In this document: one piece after another, positions 28,646 to 39,082 of the stretch
Position numbering within the stretch: the first letter of the stretch is position 1
Layout: each line of letters begins with the position of its first letter
From: Methylophaga sp.
Lineage (GTDB): Bacteria > Pseudomonadota > Gammaproteobacteria > Nitrosococcales > Methylophagaceae
Assembly: GCF_048266885.1 (NCBI RefSeq)
Contig: NZ_JBLWYR010000013.1
Location: forward strand, 6,783-70,782
DNA: 64,000 nucleotides
Direction of reading: 5' to 3'
The notes under the pieces: generated by a model
Databases searched by the model: none
What the model was told of the DNA's origin: nothing
Seen by the model: only the letters and a program-made list of their open reading frames with translations
Position numbers and translations under genes: made by a program

Positions 28646-29277
28646 TCCTGCTCTTGTTCCATTGCATCCAGACTGTGGTAATAAATGATCGCTAAGTAGC
28701 GGATGGGCATTTTTAATTTAGTTTCAGGACGATGAGGCTGTTCAGCATTGAAGGTCAGTGAGTCGCCTGGATTCAGAATATAGCGTTCGTCTCCTACTGT
28801 GTATTCAAGTTTACCTTCCAACATATAGATAAATTCGATACCTGAGTGCTCAAACGGATCAAATACTTCGCTTTCTTCTTCAAGGGAAATCAGAAACGGT
28901 TCAAATAGTTTCTGCGGGCCTTGATCATAAGCAAGCAAATGATAGGTATGCCCAGATTTAGTGCCCCGTCTGACTACTTCCATCCCTTCGCCATTCTTAA
29001 CGTATTGAGCTCCGCCTTTTGGGGTGTCGTAATCATGAAACAGTTTTGAAAGTGTAACGCCCAAAGCGTTAGCTAAATGTTCAAGTTTTTCGAGACTTGG
29101 CGAGGTTAAACCATTTTCGATTTTGCTCAACATTCCACGACTTAAACTAGCTCGCGTGGCCACTTCTGCAATTGTTAACCCATTTTCCAGACGAAGATGG
29201 CGCAGCGTGTTGCCAAGATGTTTGTCCAGTGACTTAACCGTATTTTCGATTCCATTCATCTCTAGTTTATCGTTCAC
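28642..29277 (-). CDS. XRE-family HTH regulator with C-terminal cupin domain
   Basis: LGNTLRHLRLENGLTIAEVATRASLSRGMLSKIENG is HTH_3. The C-terminal GIEFIYMLEGKLEYTVGDERYILNPGDSLTFNAEQPHRP is cupin_2. It is divergent from mgdA. Confidence 0.8.
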   Translation of the reverse strand: MNDKLEMNGIENTVKSLDKHLGNTLRHLRLENGLTIAEVATRASLSRGMLSKIENGLTSPSLEKLEHLANALGVTLSKLFHDYDTPKGGAQYVKNGEGMEVVRRGTKSGHTYHLLAYDQGPQKLFEPFLISLEEESEVFDPFEHSGIEFIYMLEGKLEYTVGDERYILNPGDSLTFNAEQPHRPETKLKMPIRYLAIIYYHSLDAMEQEQD

Positions 29278-29356
29278 GCCGTCAAATTCTCCCTTTTTGT
29301 TTCATTGATAGAAGCTTGATCATACACGAATTTTTTCGTAGATAACTCACTTAAGA

Positions 29357-29463
29357 TTCATCTCATGAAAAAAAGTTTCTTTAGGGTGTTGACATCTGAT
29401 TTCCCACATGAGTAAATGAGCCCATGGTTTCATCATGTGAAACAAAGTTTACCTAAAAGGTGG
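29357..29463. promoter_or_regulatory. Repeated operator-like motif in the regulator/mgdA divergent region
   Basis: There are two related ~32-nt boxes: ttcatctcatgaaaaaaagtttctttagggtg (29357-29388) and ttcatcatgtgaaacaaagtttacctaaaaggtgg (29429-29463). The second contains the palindrome gtttca-tcatg-tgaaac (29427-29443). A TTGACA hexamer (29389-29394) lies between them. Confidence 0.35.
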
Positions 29464-29523
29464 TAGTTCAGTATACCTATTAGGTAGTAGATGAAATGGC
29501 AAACATATCAATGAGGGGCAACA

Positions 29524-30765
29524 ATGCCATTAAGACTTTTGAAATATGCACTCAGCCGAGAACACCCGGCTCCCCGTTTTTTTCGGGACTGTACTGAACC
29601 CAAAAAAACCTATGATGCGGTTATCATCGGCGGCGGTGGGCACGGTCTGGCTGCCGCTTATTATCTGGCTAAGGATCACGGCATCACCAATGTTGCGGTG
29701 CTGGAAAAAGGCTATATCGGCGGCGGTAATACCGGACGCAATACCACTATTGTTCGTTCCAACTACCTGACTCCGGAAGGCGTCAATTTTTACAATGCCA
29801 GTGTTAAGTTGTTTGAAGATCTCTCAGAAGAGCTCGACATCAACCTGTTTTATTCCAATCGTGGCCATTTCACTTTAGCCCATACCGACTCTGCCATGCG
29901 TACCATGCGCTGGCGGGCTGAAGTTAACAAACATGTTGGTGTTGAAAGTTATGTAGTTGGCCCGGATGAAATATCAAAAGCATGCCCACAACTTGATATC
30001 TCTTGCAGTGGTCAGGCTCCAATCCTTGGTGCCTTGTATCACGCACCAGGCTCAGTAGCCCGTCATGATGCCGTTGCCTGGGGATATGCCAAGGAAGCTG
30101 ACCGGATGGGGGTAGAGATTTTCCAAAGCACCGAAGTGACCAGCATTGACGTGAAAAGTGGCAAGGTCGTTGGGGTGCAAACTAACAAAGGTTATATCAG
30201 TACCAACCGCGTGTTATCAGCAGTAGCCGGTTTTACACCACGCATTTGCGAAATGGTCGATGTGGAAACGCCCATTGTGATTCATCCGCTTCAAGCATGT
30301 GTGACTGAACCGATGAAACCATGGCTGGATACGATTCTGGTTTCTGGCAGCTTGCATGTTTATGTCAGTCAGTCCTCTCGTGGTGAATTAGTTATGGGGT
30401 CTTCACTGGATCCGTACGAAATACATTCAACTCGTTCTTCACTGGATTTTGTTGAAGGCCTGACCTCGCATATCACCGATATGTTTCCTTTCCTCGGTAA
30501 TGTGAAAGTCGTAAGGCAATGGGCGGGGATGGCGGATCTTACCCCTGACTTTGCTCCAATCATGGGCAAAACTGAAGTGGAAGGGTTTTACATTGATGCC
30601 GGTTGGGGCACTTGGGGCTTTAAAGCCACCCCCATCAGTGGCAAAACTATGGCCGAAACCATCGCCCGCGATATGGCCCCGGATATGATCCGATCCTTCC
30701 GGTTATCACGATTTGAAGATTATGAGCTGACCGGTGAAAAAGGCGCAGCCTCGGTCGGCCACTAA
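29524..30765 (+). CDS. mgdA: N-methylglutamate dehydrogenase subunit A (SoxB-like FAD subunit)
   Basis: 413 aa. YDAVIIGGGGHGLAAAYYLAK is the FAD fold and the whole protein is SoxB-like. It is called NMGDH rather than sarcosine oxidase because gmaS and mgsABC follow in the same operon-like array. Confidence 0.8.
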   Translation: MPLRLLKYALSREHPAPRFFRDCTEPKKTYDAVIIGGGGHGLAAAYYLAKDHGITNVAVLEKGYIGGGNTGRNTTIVRSNYLTPEGVNFYNASVKLFEDLSEELDINLFYSNRGHFTLAHTDSAMRTMRWRAEVNKHVGVESYVVGPDEISKACPQLDISCSGQAPILGALYHAPGSVARHDAVAWGYAKEADRMGVEIFQSTEVTSIDVKSGKVVGVQTNKGYISTNRVLSAVAGFTPRICEMVDVETPIVIHPLQACVTEPMKPWLDTILVSGSLHVYVSQSSRGELVMGSSLDPYEIHSTRSSLDFVEGLTSHITDMFPFLGNVKVVRQWAGMADLTPDFAPIMGKTEVEGFYIDAGWGTWGFKATPISGKTMAETIARDMAPDMIRSFRLSRFEDYELTGEKGAASVGH

Positions 30766-30780
30766 TTTAGGGAAAGCAAG

Positions 30781-31044
30781 ATGAAATTACTTCAATGTCC
30801 CGTTAACGGTATCCGCCCAGTGAGTGAATTTACCTACGGTGGGGAATACCGGGAAATGCCTGACCCAGATACCTGCAGTGATAAAGAGTGGGCTGGTTAT
30901 GTGCATTACCGGCATGGGGCGCCGGGTTTGAAAAAAGAATGGTGGTATCACGGTCCAAGTGGCACCTGGTTTATCGCAGAAAGAAACACGCTGACTGACA
31001 AGGTCAGCCGGACCTATCTTTACGGTCAGGAGAATAAAGCATGA
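30781..31044 (+). CDS. mgdB: N-methylglutamate dehydrogenase subunit B (SoxD-like)
   Basis: 87 aa. MKLLQCPVNGIRPVSEFTYGGE is the typical SoxD N-terminus. ATGA overlap with the next gene. Confidence 0.8.
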   Translation: MKLLQCPVNGIRPVSEFTYGGEYREMPDPDTCSDKEWAGYVHYRHGAPGLKKEWWYHGPSGTWFIAERNTLTDKVSRTYLYGQENKA

Positions 31045-33941
31045 CATTGCGTATCACTGAACAAGAGAATGAATGGATCAACCGTGATATGCCCTTGACC
31101 TTTGAATACGAAGGTCAGCAAGTCGAAGCATATGAAGGCGATACCATAAGTAGTGCGCTCTGGGCTGCCGATATTAAGGTTTTGGGGCGTAGTTTTAAAT
31201 ATCACCGGGCGCGTGGTTTATTGAGTTTTGCCAACCATGATGTCAACGCATTAATGACAGATGGAGTGGACACCAATATCCGGGCTGATGTGATTCCCGT
31301 TGCTCATGGCATGCAGTTGACTGCGGTCAACACGGACGGAGGTGTATTAAAAGATAAAGGTCGCTTTATCGATAAAATCTCGGCGTTTCTGCCGGTAGGG
31401 TTTTATTACAAAGCTTTCCATACCCCTAAACGGATGTTTCCATTCTGGGAAGACAAGATCCGTAAAGCAGCTGGCCTAGGTGAAGTCAATTTCAACTATC
31501 CTCGAATCACTCGTGCCAAACGCTATGCACATTGTGATGTCTTGGTCGTCGGCGCAGGTGTATCTGGAATGTCGGCAGCACTTGAAGCAGCCGAAGCTGG
31601 CAGTCAGGTTATTCTGGTGGATGAAAACCGCAAAATTGGCGGCAGTCTCACCTATGATATGGCTGCAGATGCCGACACTGGATCCTTGTTAAAACAGCTG
31701 ACAGATTCCGTGCAAAACCATGCGAATATTCAGATAATTGCTGATGCCTATGCTGGCGGTTATTACACTGATCATCTAGTGCCTATCGTAGGGAAAACCG
31801 GTATTACCAAGGTTCGTGCCGGTTCAATCATTGTTGCCAGTGGTGCTTTTGAACAACCTCCAGTATTTCGTTATAACGACTTACCAGGAGTGATGCTCAG
31901 CTCAGCAGCACAACGTCTTGTAAACCGTTACTCGGTGAAACCATTTACCAAAGGCATATTGGTCACCGCGAATGATTATGGATACCGGGCGGCCTTGGAT
32001 TTGGCAGCGGCTAAAATCGAAATAGTTGCTGTCATTGATATGCGTCAGACCGGTGCTGATGGCGATTTGACTGCAAAAGTTAAACAGGCCGGCATCGCCG
32101 TTCATCTGGGTAGTTGTATTTACGAAGTAGTGCCAACCTCCGACAAAATGGGTGTCAGTGCGGTTGTGGTCTGTCCTTATGATGAAACCACTGCCGAGGC
32201 AGATCTTCATCAACAGGTGATATTGCATTGCGATGGTGTGGCGATGAGTGCTGGCTGGGCTCCGGCTGCCGCCTTGCTTTATCAGGCTGGTACGCAGATG
32301 CGTTATGACCAGGCTGTTCAACAGTTTGTGCCTAATCAATTGCCGGAAGGTGTATTTGCTGCCGGTAAAGTGAACGGCATATTTGCACTTGAACAACGCT
32401 TGTTAGACGGAAAACGTGCCGGCGCCGAAGCTGCACGCTATCTAGGCAAAAATACTGCTGATCCTGTTGCTGTCATGACGCATGGCGGTAACTCGCCCAG
32501 CCATCCTTACCCCATTGTGAATCATCCAAAAGGCAAAAACTTTGTTGATTTTGATGAAGATATCCAAGTAAAGGATTTCATCAATGCCGCTAAAGAAGGC
32601 TTTGACAACATCGAGTTGATGAAGCGTTTCACCACAGTAGGAATGGGACCAAGTCAGGGCAAACATTCCAATATGAATGCCATTCGTATTCTGGCACGTA
32701 TTCGGGATTTGCCAGTTGAAAAAATTGGTTCGACGACAGCAAGGCCGTTTTTCCACCCAACACCTATTGGGCATTTAGGTGGTCGTGGTTTTCACCCACA
32801 TCGTCATACCGCAATGCATGAATGGCATGTGAGAGAAGGCGGGGTGATGATGGAAGCCGGTGTGTGGTTGCGACCTGCTTACTACTTGCCTGTCGGAATT
32901 AAAATATCCAATAAACAGGCAGTGCAGCAGGAAGCACTGGCTGTTCGCAAGTCTGCTGGCATGATTGATGGCAGTACGTTGGGCAAAATCGAAGTCTTCG
33001 GCAAAGATGCTGCTGCGTTTCTAGAGCGTTTTTATACCGGCAGATTTGCCAGTCAGAAAGTCGGCAACAGCCGTATCGCAATGTTACTTGATGAAGCTGG
33101 CGTCATTGTCGATGATGGCGTGGCGGTTCGTTTGGACCAGGACAAGTTTTATGTTTCTACCAACTCGTCCAATGCCGCCACGGTGTATCGAGAAATGCAA
33201 CGCAATCTGCAGCTTTGGGGCATGCAAGTCACCCTAGTCAATCTTACTGGTGTGATGTCAGCGATGACTTTGGCTGGGCCTTCATCTCGTTCCATCCTCA
33301 GTGAAGTAACTGATTTGGATCTGCTGGAAGAAGCCTTTCCACAGGGTGCATATCGCGAAGCTTTGGTAGCGGGTGTCCATGCCAGAGTTATGCGGGTGGC
33401 GTTTGTCTCGGATCTGGCTTTCGAAATACATGTTCCTTCAAGTGCCGGTCTGCATGTCTGGCAGAAAATCATGGAGGCAGGCAAAACCTATGGTATCCGA
33501 CCTTTTGGCACTGATGCCCAGCGTCTGCTGCGGTTGGAAATGGGCCATCATCTGATTAGTCATGATACTGATGGTTTGACCAACCCGTTTGAGGCACATG
33601 CAGAGTCACTGGTGGCAATGGATAAACCATTTTTCATCGGCCAACGCAGTCTGCAAATCCTGCAGAAGAAACCATTAAAGAAAAAACTGGTGACCTTTGT
33701 ATTAAATGAAGGATTTGGTGAACTGCCCAAGGAATGCAATCTGGTGATTGAAAATGGCGAGATCGCTGGAAGGGTGACCAGTATTTCTTTCAGTGAATAT
33801 TTAAATCGAGTGATTGGTTTTGCCTTTGTTTTGCCTGAGCAGGCCAAAGCGGGAAAACGCTTTGCTATTCGCACTGATAGTGGATGGCTGGAAATGGCTG
33901 AAGTGGTTGAACACTCTTTTCTAAGTATGAGTCAGGGCTAA
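31041..33941 (+). CDS. mgdC: N-methylglutamate dehydrogenase subunit C (SoxA-like, with folate-binding GcvT domain)
   Basis: 966 aa. The nucleotide fold is DVLVVGAGVSGMSAALEAA. The C-terminal aminomethyltransferase-like domain includes MIDGSTLGKIEVFGKDAAAFLERFY. Confidence 0.8.
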   Translation: MTLRITEQENEWINRDMPLTFEYEGQQVEAYEGDTISSALWAADIKVLGRSFKYHRARGLLSFANHDVNALMTDGVDTNIRADVIPVAHGMQLTAVNTDGGVLKDKGRFIDKISAFLPVGFYYKAFHTPKRMFPFWEDKIRKAAGLGEVNFNYPRITRAKRYAHCDVLVVGAGVSGMSAALEAAEAGSQVILVDENRKIGGSLTYDMAADADTGSLLKQLTDSVQNHANIQIIADAYAGGYYTDHLVPIVGKTGITKVRAGSIIVASGAFEQPPVFRYNDLPGVMLSSAAQRLVNRYSVKPFTKGILVTANDYGYRAALDLAAAKIEIVAVIDMRQTGADGDLTAKVKQAGIAVHLGSCIYEVVPTSDKMGVSAVVVCPYDETTAEADLHQQVILHCDGVAMSAGWAPAAALLYQAGTQMRYDQAVQQFVPNQLPEGVFAAGKVNGIFALEQRLLDGKRAGAEAARYLGKNTADPVAVMTHGGNSPSHPYPIVNHPKGKNFVDFDEDIQVKDFINAAKEGFDNIELMKRFTTVGMGPSQGKHSNMNAIRILARIRDLPVEKIGSTTARPFFHPTPIGHLGGRGFHPHRHTAMHEWHVREGGVMMEAGVWLRPAYYLPVGIKISNKQAVQQEALAVRKSAGMIDGSTLGKIEVFGKDAAAFLERFYTGRFASQKVGNSRIAMLLDEAGVIVDDGVAVRLDQDKFYVSTNSSNAATVYREMQRNLQLWGMQVTLVNLTGVMSAMTLAGPSSRSILSEVTDLDLLEEAFPQGAYREALVAGVHARVMRVAFVSDLAFEIHVPSSAGLHVWQKIMEAGKTYGIRPFGTDAQRLLRLEMGHHLISHDTDGLTNPFEAHAESLVAMDKPFFIGQRSLQILQKKPLKKKLVTFVLNEGFGELPKECNLVIENGEIAGRVTSISFSEYLNRVIGFAFVLPEQAKAGKRFAIRTDSGWLEMAEVVEHSFLSMSQG

Positions 33942-33952
33942 GGAGCCAGCAT

Positions 33953-34618
33953 ATGCAAAATGTTGTTTTACAGAGTCCAGTTGCGTTTGCCCAAACGTCT
34001 CTGAAGCCGGAAATGGGTTTTATCAACGGCATGGCGATTGCCAATCGTTATTCAGATCCTGATATGGAGAGTCGTTATGCTGCAAAGTTGGCGATATGTG
34101 ATGTCAGTTGCCTGGCACGTTTCGCTATCAAAGGCCTTGCCGCAGCTGATTCTTTAAAAGCAAAAGGTATTGAATTACCCGGTTCAGCAAACAGCTGGAT
34201 TCGTCATGACGCAACCCTAGTCCTGCGTCTTGGTAATAGTGAATTTTTGCTGGAAGACCCGATTGGTGTTCAGCAGTGCAAAGGTTTAAGTGAGCAGTTG
34301 CAAAGTGGCGATGGCGTTCACGTGGTACTACGTAATGATGCGTCTTTCATTTTGAGTGGTGAGTTGCTTGATGAGCTACTGGCCCAGGTATGTGCAATTA
34401 ATCTGATTGGGCCGACGTTGGCTGACAATCGACTGGCGATGACCTCAATAGCAGGTGTCTCGGTGATTGTTCTCAGACAGGAAGTGGCGGGGCAAACTCA
34501 ATTGCGTCTCTGGTGTGATGGCACTTTTGGCGTTTATCTATGGGAAACCCTGTTGAACATTATTAAAGAATTAGGCGGCGGACCGGTTGGTATCAATCAG
34601 TTTTTCAATAGTAATTAA
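33953..34618 (+). CDS. mgdD: N-methylglutamate dehydrogenase subunit D (SoxG-like)
   Basis: 221 aa in the position and size of SoxG. The motif DVSCLARFAIKG is typical of gamma subunits. Confidence 0.75.
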   Translation: MQNVVLQSPVAFAQTSLKPEMGFINGMAIANRYSDPDMESRYAAKLAICDVSCLARFAIKGLAAADSLKAKGIELPGSANSWIRHDATLVLRLGNSEFLLEDPIGVQQCKGLSEQLQSGDGVHVVLRNDASFILSGELLDELLAQVCAINLIGPTLADNRLAMTSIAGVSVIVLRQEVAGQTQLRLWCDGTFGVYLWETLLNIIKELGGGPVGINQFFNSN

Positions 34619-34717
34619 GTCATCCGGTGCTGAATAAACTCATCCAGGTCACGCTATGAAATACGAGTTACAAACAAACCTTAGCCAGCCTATAACCGAT
34701 AACCAGGAGCAAAAGTG

Positions 34718-36052
34718 ATGAAAACCCTAGAACAGGCAGAACAATTTATTAAAGACAACAACGTCAAATATGTTTTAGCACAGTTTGTCGATATTCATGG
34801 TGTGGCCAAAGTTAAATCGGTCCCTTCTGCACATCTTAAAGACATCATTAAAACCGGTGCCGGTTTTGCTGGTGGCGCTATCTGCGGCATGGGCATCCAG
34901 CCAAATGGCCCTGATTATATGGCGATGGGCGATTTATCGACGTTGACACTGATTCCATGGCAGCCGGGTTATGCGCGCGTTATCTGTAACGGACACGTTA
35001 ATGGCGAACCGTATAACTTCGATTCTCGTGTTGTGTTGAAAAACCAGATCAAGCGGCTTGAAGAAAAGGGCTGGACCATGTTTACCGGTCTTGAACCCGA
35101 ATTCTCTCTGCTCAAAAAAGATGAGCATGGTCATATTCATCCGTTTGAAGATAGCGATACATTACAAAAGCCTTGCTACGACTATAAAGGCATAACTCGC
35201 CAAAGTGTTTTCCTGGAAAAACTAACGGAATCACTGATTGAAGTCGGTTTGGATGTATATCAAATTGACCACGAAGACGCTAACGGTCAGTTTGAAATTA
35301 ACTATACCTATGCCGACTGCCTGAAAAGTGCAGATGATTTTATTATGTTCAAAATGGCAGCCAGCGAAATTGCCAATGAACTGGGCATGATTTGTACCTA
35401 CATGCCAAAACCATTCAGCAATCGTCCCGGTAACGGCATGCATTTACACATTTCGATCAGCGATGGTGAAAAGTGTCTGTTCCATGATGACAGTGATCCA
35501 GCTGGTCATGGTTTAAGCAAGATGGCCTATCATTTTATGGCTGGTCTGCTGGAACATGCGCCAGCGTTATGTGCCTTGGCAGCCCCCACTGTTAACTCTT
35601 ACAAACGTCTGGTAGTGGGTCGTTCACTATCGGGTGCAACCTGGGCCCCGGCTTACATCACTTATGGCGATAACAATCGCTCAACTATGGTTCGCATTCC
35701 TTACGGCCGCATTGAAATGCGACTGCCGGATGGTTCGTGCAACCCTTACCTGACTACTGCTGCGATTATCGCCGCAGGTCTGGATGGTGTTGAAAGAGAG
35801 CTCGATCCTGGCGAGGGTCACAATACCAATCTATATGATCTCAGCCCGATGGAGCTGAGAGAAAAAGGTATCAATATCTTACCCCAGAACCTGCATGAAG
35901 CACTGCTGGCGCTTGAAAAAGACAGTGTCGTAAAGGGTGCTTTAGGCGAAGGACTGGCAAATGAGTTTTTGGAATTGAAACACATGGAATGGGTGGAATA
36001 TATGCGGCATGTCTCTGACTGGGAAATTGATCGTTACGCTGAATTTTATTAA
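34718..36052 (+). CDS. gmaS: Gamma-glutamylmethylamide synthetase (glutamine synthetase-like)
   Basis: 444 aa with a GS catalytic domain ([17 protein letters not shown]...[19 protein letters not shown]). It lies between mgd and mgs genes. AGGAG is 8 nt upstream of ATG 34718. Confidence 0.85.
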   Translation: MKTLEQAEQFIKDNNVKYVLAQFVDIHGVAKVKSVPSAHLKDIIKTGAGFAGGAICGMGIQPNGPDYMAMGDLSTLTLIPWQPGYARVICNGHVNGEPYNFDSRVVLKNQIKRLEEKGWTMFTGLEPEFSLLKKDEHGHIHPFEDSDTLQKPCYDYKGITRQSVFLEKLTESLIEVGLDVYQIDHEDANGQFEINYTYADCLKSADDFIMFKMAASEIANELGMICTYMPKPFSNRPGNGMHLHISISDGEKCLFHDDSDPAGHGLSKMAYHFMAGLLEHAPALCALAAPTVNSYKRLVVGRSLSGATWAPAYITYGDNNRSTMVRIPYGRIEMRLPDGSCNPYLTTAAIIAAGLDGVERELDPGEGHNTNLYDLSPMELREKGINILPQNLHEALLALEKDSVVKGALGEGLANEFLELKHMEWVEYMRHVSDWEIDRYAEFY

Positions 36053-36087
36053 GCAGCCGACTAGTTGGAATTTTTAGGAGAAATCTA

Positions 36088-36990
36088 ATGTGTGGAATTG
36101 TTGGTCTTTATTTAAAAAATGATAAGTATCAAAGTCGCTTGGGTGAATTATTTTCCCCAATGATGATTGCCATGACCGATCGTGGTCCAGATAGCGCCGG
36201 CTTTGCCATTTATGGTGATGCTGTCGATACCGGTATCAAATTTACCTTGCGTCATGAAGATGAAAATTATGACTGGGAAAAGTTGGCAAAAGATATTGAA
36301 CAAGCACTTGTTACTCAGGTTGATTGGTTTCAGAACAACAAAGTAGCTGTTTTCAAAGTGAAAACTGACGCTGACTTTGTCGAAAACTATCTGCATGAAA
36401 GTCATCCTGATGTTTTGATCATGAGTGCCGGTAGTTCCATTGAAATATTGAAAGAAGTCGGTCTGCCAGAGCGTATTGTCAACATGTTCAATCTCGACAA
36501 TATGCAAGGTACTCACATCATTGGTCATACCCGGATGGCGACTGAATCTGCGGTAACAATGGCGGGTAGCCATCCTTTCTCTACCGGCATGGATCTGTGT
36601 CTGGTGCATAACGGCTCTTTGTCTAATCACAACCGTATGCGTCAGGAACTGAAACGCAATGGTATTCATTTTGATACCGAGAATGACACCGAAGTAGCGG
36701 CAGGTTTTCTAACCTATCGCTTGCAACAAGGTGATTCTCTACATCAAGCCCTGGAACACGCTTTAAAAGAGTTAGATGGCTTTTACACCTTTACTATCGG
36801 CACCAAAGATGGATTTGCAGTAGTTCGTGATCCTATTGCCTGCAAACCAGCTGTTATTGCAGAAACCGATGACTATGTAGCGATGGCCTCTGAATATCAG
36901 GCATTAACAACCTTACCAGGGATTGAAACCGCCAAGGTTTGGGAACCAGAACCGTCAACTATCTACGTTTGGGAACGTGGAAGTAACTGA
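36088..36990 (+). CDS. mgsA: N-methylglutamate synthase subunit A (class II glutamine amidotransferase-like)
   Basis: It starts MCGIVG (Ntn Cys) and is 300 aa. It is followed by GXGXG and FMN glutamate-synthase-like subunits. Confidence 0.85.
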   Translation: MCGIVGLYLKNDKYQSRLGELFSPMMIAMTDRGPDSAGFAIYGDAVDTGIKFTLRHEDENYDWEKLAKDIEQALVTQVDWFQNNKVAVFKVKTDADFVENYLHESHPDVLIMSAGSSIEILKEVGLPERIVNMFNLDNMQGTHIIGHTRMATESAVTMAGSHPFSTGMDLCLVHNGSLSNHNRMRQELKRNGIHFDTENDTEVAAGFLTYRLQQGDSLHQALEHALKELDGFYTFTIGTKDGFAVVRDPIACKPAVIAETDDYVAMASEYQALTTLPGIETAKVWEPEPSTIYVWERGSN

Positions 36991-37014
36991 TTAGAAGTGC
37001 TTAAGGGGAACACA

Positions 37015-37698
37015 ATGAAAACAATTGATTTAGCAACACAGACGGTACGTGATTTAAACCAGGCCCTACATGATCAAGCGGCTGCATGTACCGAATCTGA
37101 ATGGGAAGTGCTTAATCCCAAAGGACAGCACAATCTGGCCGTGGGCGTTGACCAAAAACTTAGAATCGATATTAAAGGCCATGCCGGTTATTACTGTGGT
37201 GGCATGAATAAAGAAGCCGATATCGTGGTTCATGGCAGTGCCGGTCAAGGTGTTGCCGAAAACATGATGTCTGGCAGTGTTCGCGTGAAAGGCAACGCCT
37301 CTTCATCTGCTGGAGCGACATCAATTGGTGGACTTTTGGTGATAGAAGGTGATGCCGGTTCACGTTGTGGTATTTCCATGAAAGGCTCGGACATTGTCGT
37401 AACTGGCAATGTTGGCCATATGAGTTGCTTTATGGGGCAGGCCGGAACGTTGGTGGTGTGTGGTGATGCGGGTGATGCCCTGGGCGATTCATTGTATGAA
37501 GTCCACATTTATGTGAAAGGTGAAGTGAAATCATTGGGTGCGGATTGTATTGCCAAAGAAATGCGTGATGAACATATCCAGGAACTTAGTCATTTGCTCA
37601 AGCGGGCTGGTGTGGATGAGGATCCCCATGCTTTCAAACGCTATGGTTCTGCGCGTCAACTTTACAATTTCAAAGTCGATAACGCTTCGGCGTATTAA
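37015..37698 (+). CDS. mgsB: N-methylglutamate synthase subunit B (GXGXG-motif, GltB C-terminal domain-like)
   Basis: It has repeated beta-helix glycine motifs (HGSAGQGVAENMMSGSVRVKGNASSSAGAT...VVTGNVGHMSCFMGQAGTLVVCGDAGDALG). ATG 37015 follows AAGGGGA. Confidence 0.85.
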   Translation: MKTIDLATQTVRDLNQALHDQAAACTESEWEVLNPKGQHNLAVGVDQKLRIDIKGHAGYYCGGMNKEADIVVHGSAGQGVAENMMSGSVRVKGNASSSAGATSIGGLLVIEGDAGSRCGISMKGSDIVVTGNVGHMSCFMGQAGTLVVCGDAGDALGDSLYEVHIYVKGEVKSLGADCIAKEMRDEHIQELSHLLKRAGVDEDPHAFKRYGSARQLYNFKVDNASAY

Positions 37699-37722
37699 TG
37701 CTGATTTTACGAGGAATTTATT

Positions 37723-39054
37723 ATGAGTGAAAAAACAAAACACATTACCGAACTCCGTGAGTCAGCGACTTTTGATCGGTCGACCATGTCCGAAATCCGT
37801 CGGGCAGCGGATACCGGTATCTACGATATCCGTGGCTGGGGTGCCAAACGTAAGTTGCCACATTTTGATGATTTGTTATTCCTGGGGGCGAGTATGTCTC
37901 GTTATCCGTTGGAAGGTTATCGTGAAAAATGTAATACCCAAGTCACATTAGGCACTCGTTTTGCCAAAAAACCGATCGTTATTGAAACCCCCGTAACCAT
38001 TGCCGGTATGAGTTTTGGTGCCTTATCGGCCAATGCAAAAGAGGCTCTGGGTCGTGGTGCATCTGCAGTAGGCACTTCAACCACAACCGGTGACGGCGGT
38101 ATGACGCCGGAAGAACGTGGTCAATCCACCAAACTGGTCTATCAATACTTGCCATCACGCTATGGTATGAACCCGGATGATCTGCGGAAAGCGGATGCTA
38201 TCGAAGTGGTCTTGGGACAGGGTGCTAAACCTGGCGGTGGCGGTATGTTATTGGGTCAAAAAATTACTGAACGTGTCGCCAAAATGCGTACTTTGCCGAT
38301 GGGTGTTGACCAACGCAGTGCTTGCCGTCATCCAGACTGGACTGGGCCGGATGATCTGGCAATCAAGATCCTTGAATTACGCGAAATCACTGACTGGCAG
38401 GTGCCTATCTATATTAAAGTCGGTGCGACTCGTACTTACTATGATGTGAAGCTGGCGGTGAAAGCCGGTGCTGATGTCATCGTAGTTGATGGTATGCAGG
38501 GCGGTACAGCGGCAACCCAGGAAGTCTTTATCGAACATGTCGGCATTCCGACCATGGCTGCTATTCCACAAGCGGTTCAGGCGCTGCAGGAAATGGGCAT
38601 GCATCGTAAAGTGCAGCTGATCGTTTCCGGTGGTATTCGGAACGGTGCTGATGTGGCTAAGTGTATGGCTTTGGGTGCGGATGCCGTAGCGATTGGTACT
38701 GCAGCCTTGATCGCGTTGGGATGTAACGATCCTAAATATGATGAAGAGTTTAAAGCCATTGGCTCAGCTGCCGGTTTTTATGATGATTATCATGAAGGTC
38801 GTGATCCGGCAGGTATTTCAACCCAGGATCCGGAGCTCAGTAAACGACTGGATCCGGTTGAAGGTGGACGCCGACTGGCTAACTATCTACGAGTTCTGAC
38901 GTTAGAAGCACAAACGTTGGCGCGTGCCTGTGGCAAAAATGATATGCGTAATCTGGAACCAGAAGATCTAGTGGCCTTGACAGTGGAATCTGCTGCCATG
39001 GCCAGAGTTCCGTTAGCAGGGACTAACTGGATTCCCGGTCAACAGCCGTTCTGA
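37723..39054 (+). CDS. mgsC: N-methylglutamate synthase subunit C (FMN-dependent glutamate synthase domain)
   Basis: 443 aa. GQGAKPGGGGMLLG and VDGMQGGTAATQE...SGGIRNGADVAKCMALGADAV are GltB FMN-domain signatures. Confidence 0.85.
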   Translation: MSEKTKHITELRESATFDRSTMSEIRRAADTGIYDIRGWGAKRKLPHFDDLLFLGASMSRYPLEGYREKCNTQVTLGTRFAKKPIVIETPVTIAGMSFGALSANAKEALGRGASAVGTSTTTGDGGMTPEERGQSTKLVYQYLPSRYGMNPDDLRKADAIEVVLGQGAKPGGGGMLLGQKITERVAKMRTLPMGVDQRSACRHPDWTGPDDLAIKILELREITDWQVPIYIKVGATRTYYDVKLAVKAGADVIVVDGMQGGTAATQEVFIEHVGIPTMAAIPQAVQALQEMGMHRKVQLIVSGGIRNGADVAKCMALGADAVAIGTAALIALGCNDPKYDEEFKAIGSAAGFYDDYHEGRDPAGISTQDPELSKRLDPVEGGRRLANYLRVLTLEAQTLARACGKNDMRNLEPEDLVALTVESAAMARVPLAGTNWIPGQQPF

Positions 39055-39082
39055 TACTCAGTTTAAAAGAGTAAATCGAGAC

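Noticed and set aside
29524-34618. Annotating the SoxBDAG-like genes as heterotetrameric sarcosine oxidase
   Set aside because: The four genes are immediately followed on the same strand by gmaS and the three glutamate-synthase-like mgs genes. That is the published N-methylglutamate pathway arrangement, so N-methylglutamate dehydrogenase (mgdABCD) is the better call. Sequence alone cannot fully exclude sarcosine activity.
34718-39054. Reading these genes as nitrogen-assimilation GS/GOGAT
   Set aside because: The glutamate-synthase-like functions are split into three small polypeptides (amidotransferase, GXGXG, FMN domain). There is no NADPH small subunit, and the genes are linked to mgd genes. 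This pattern is diagnostic for gmaS/mgsABC rather than glnA/gltBD.
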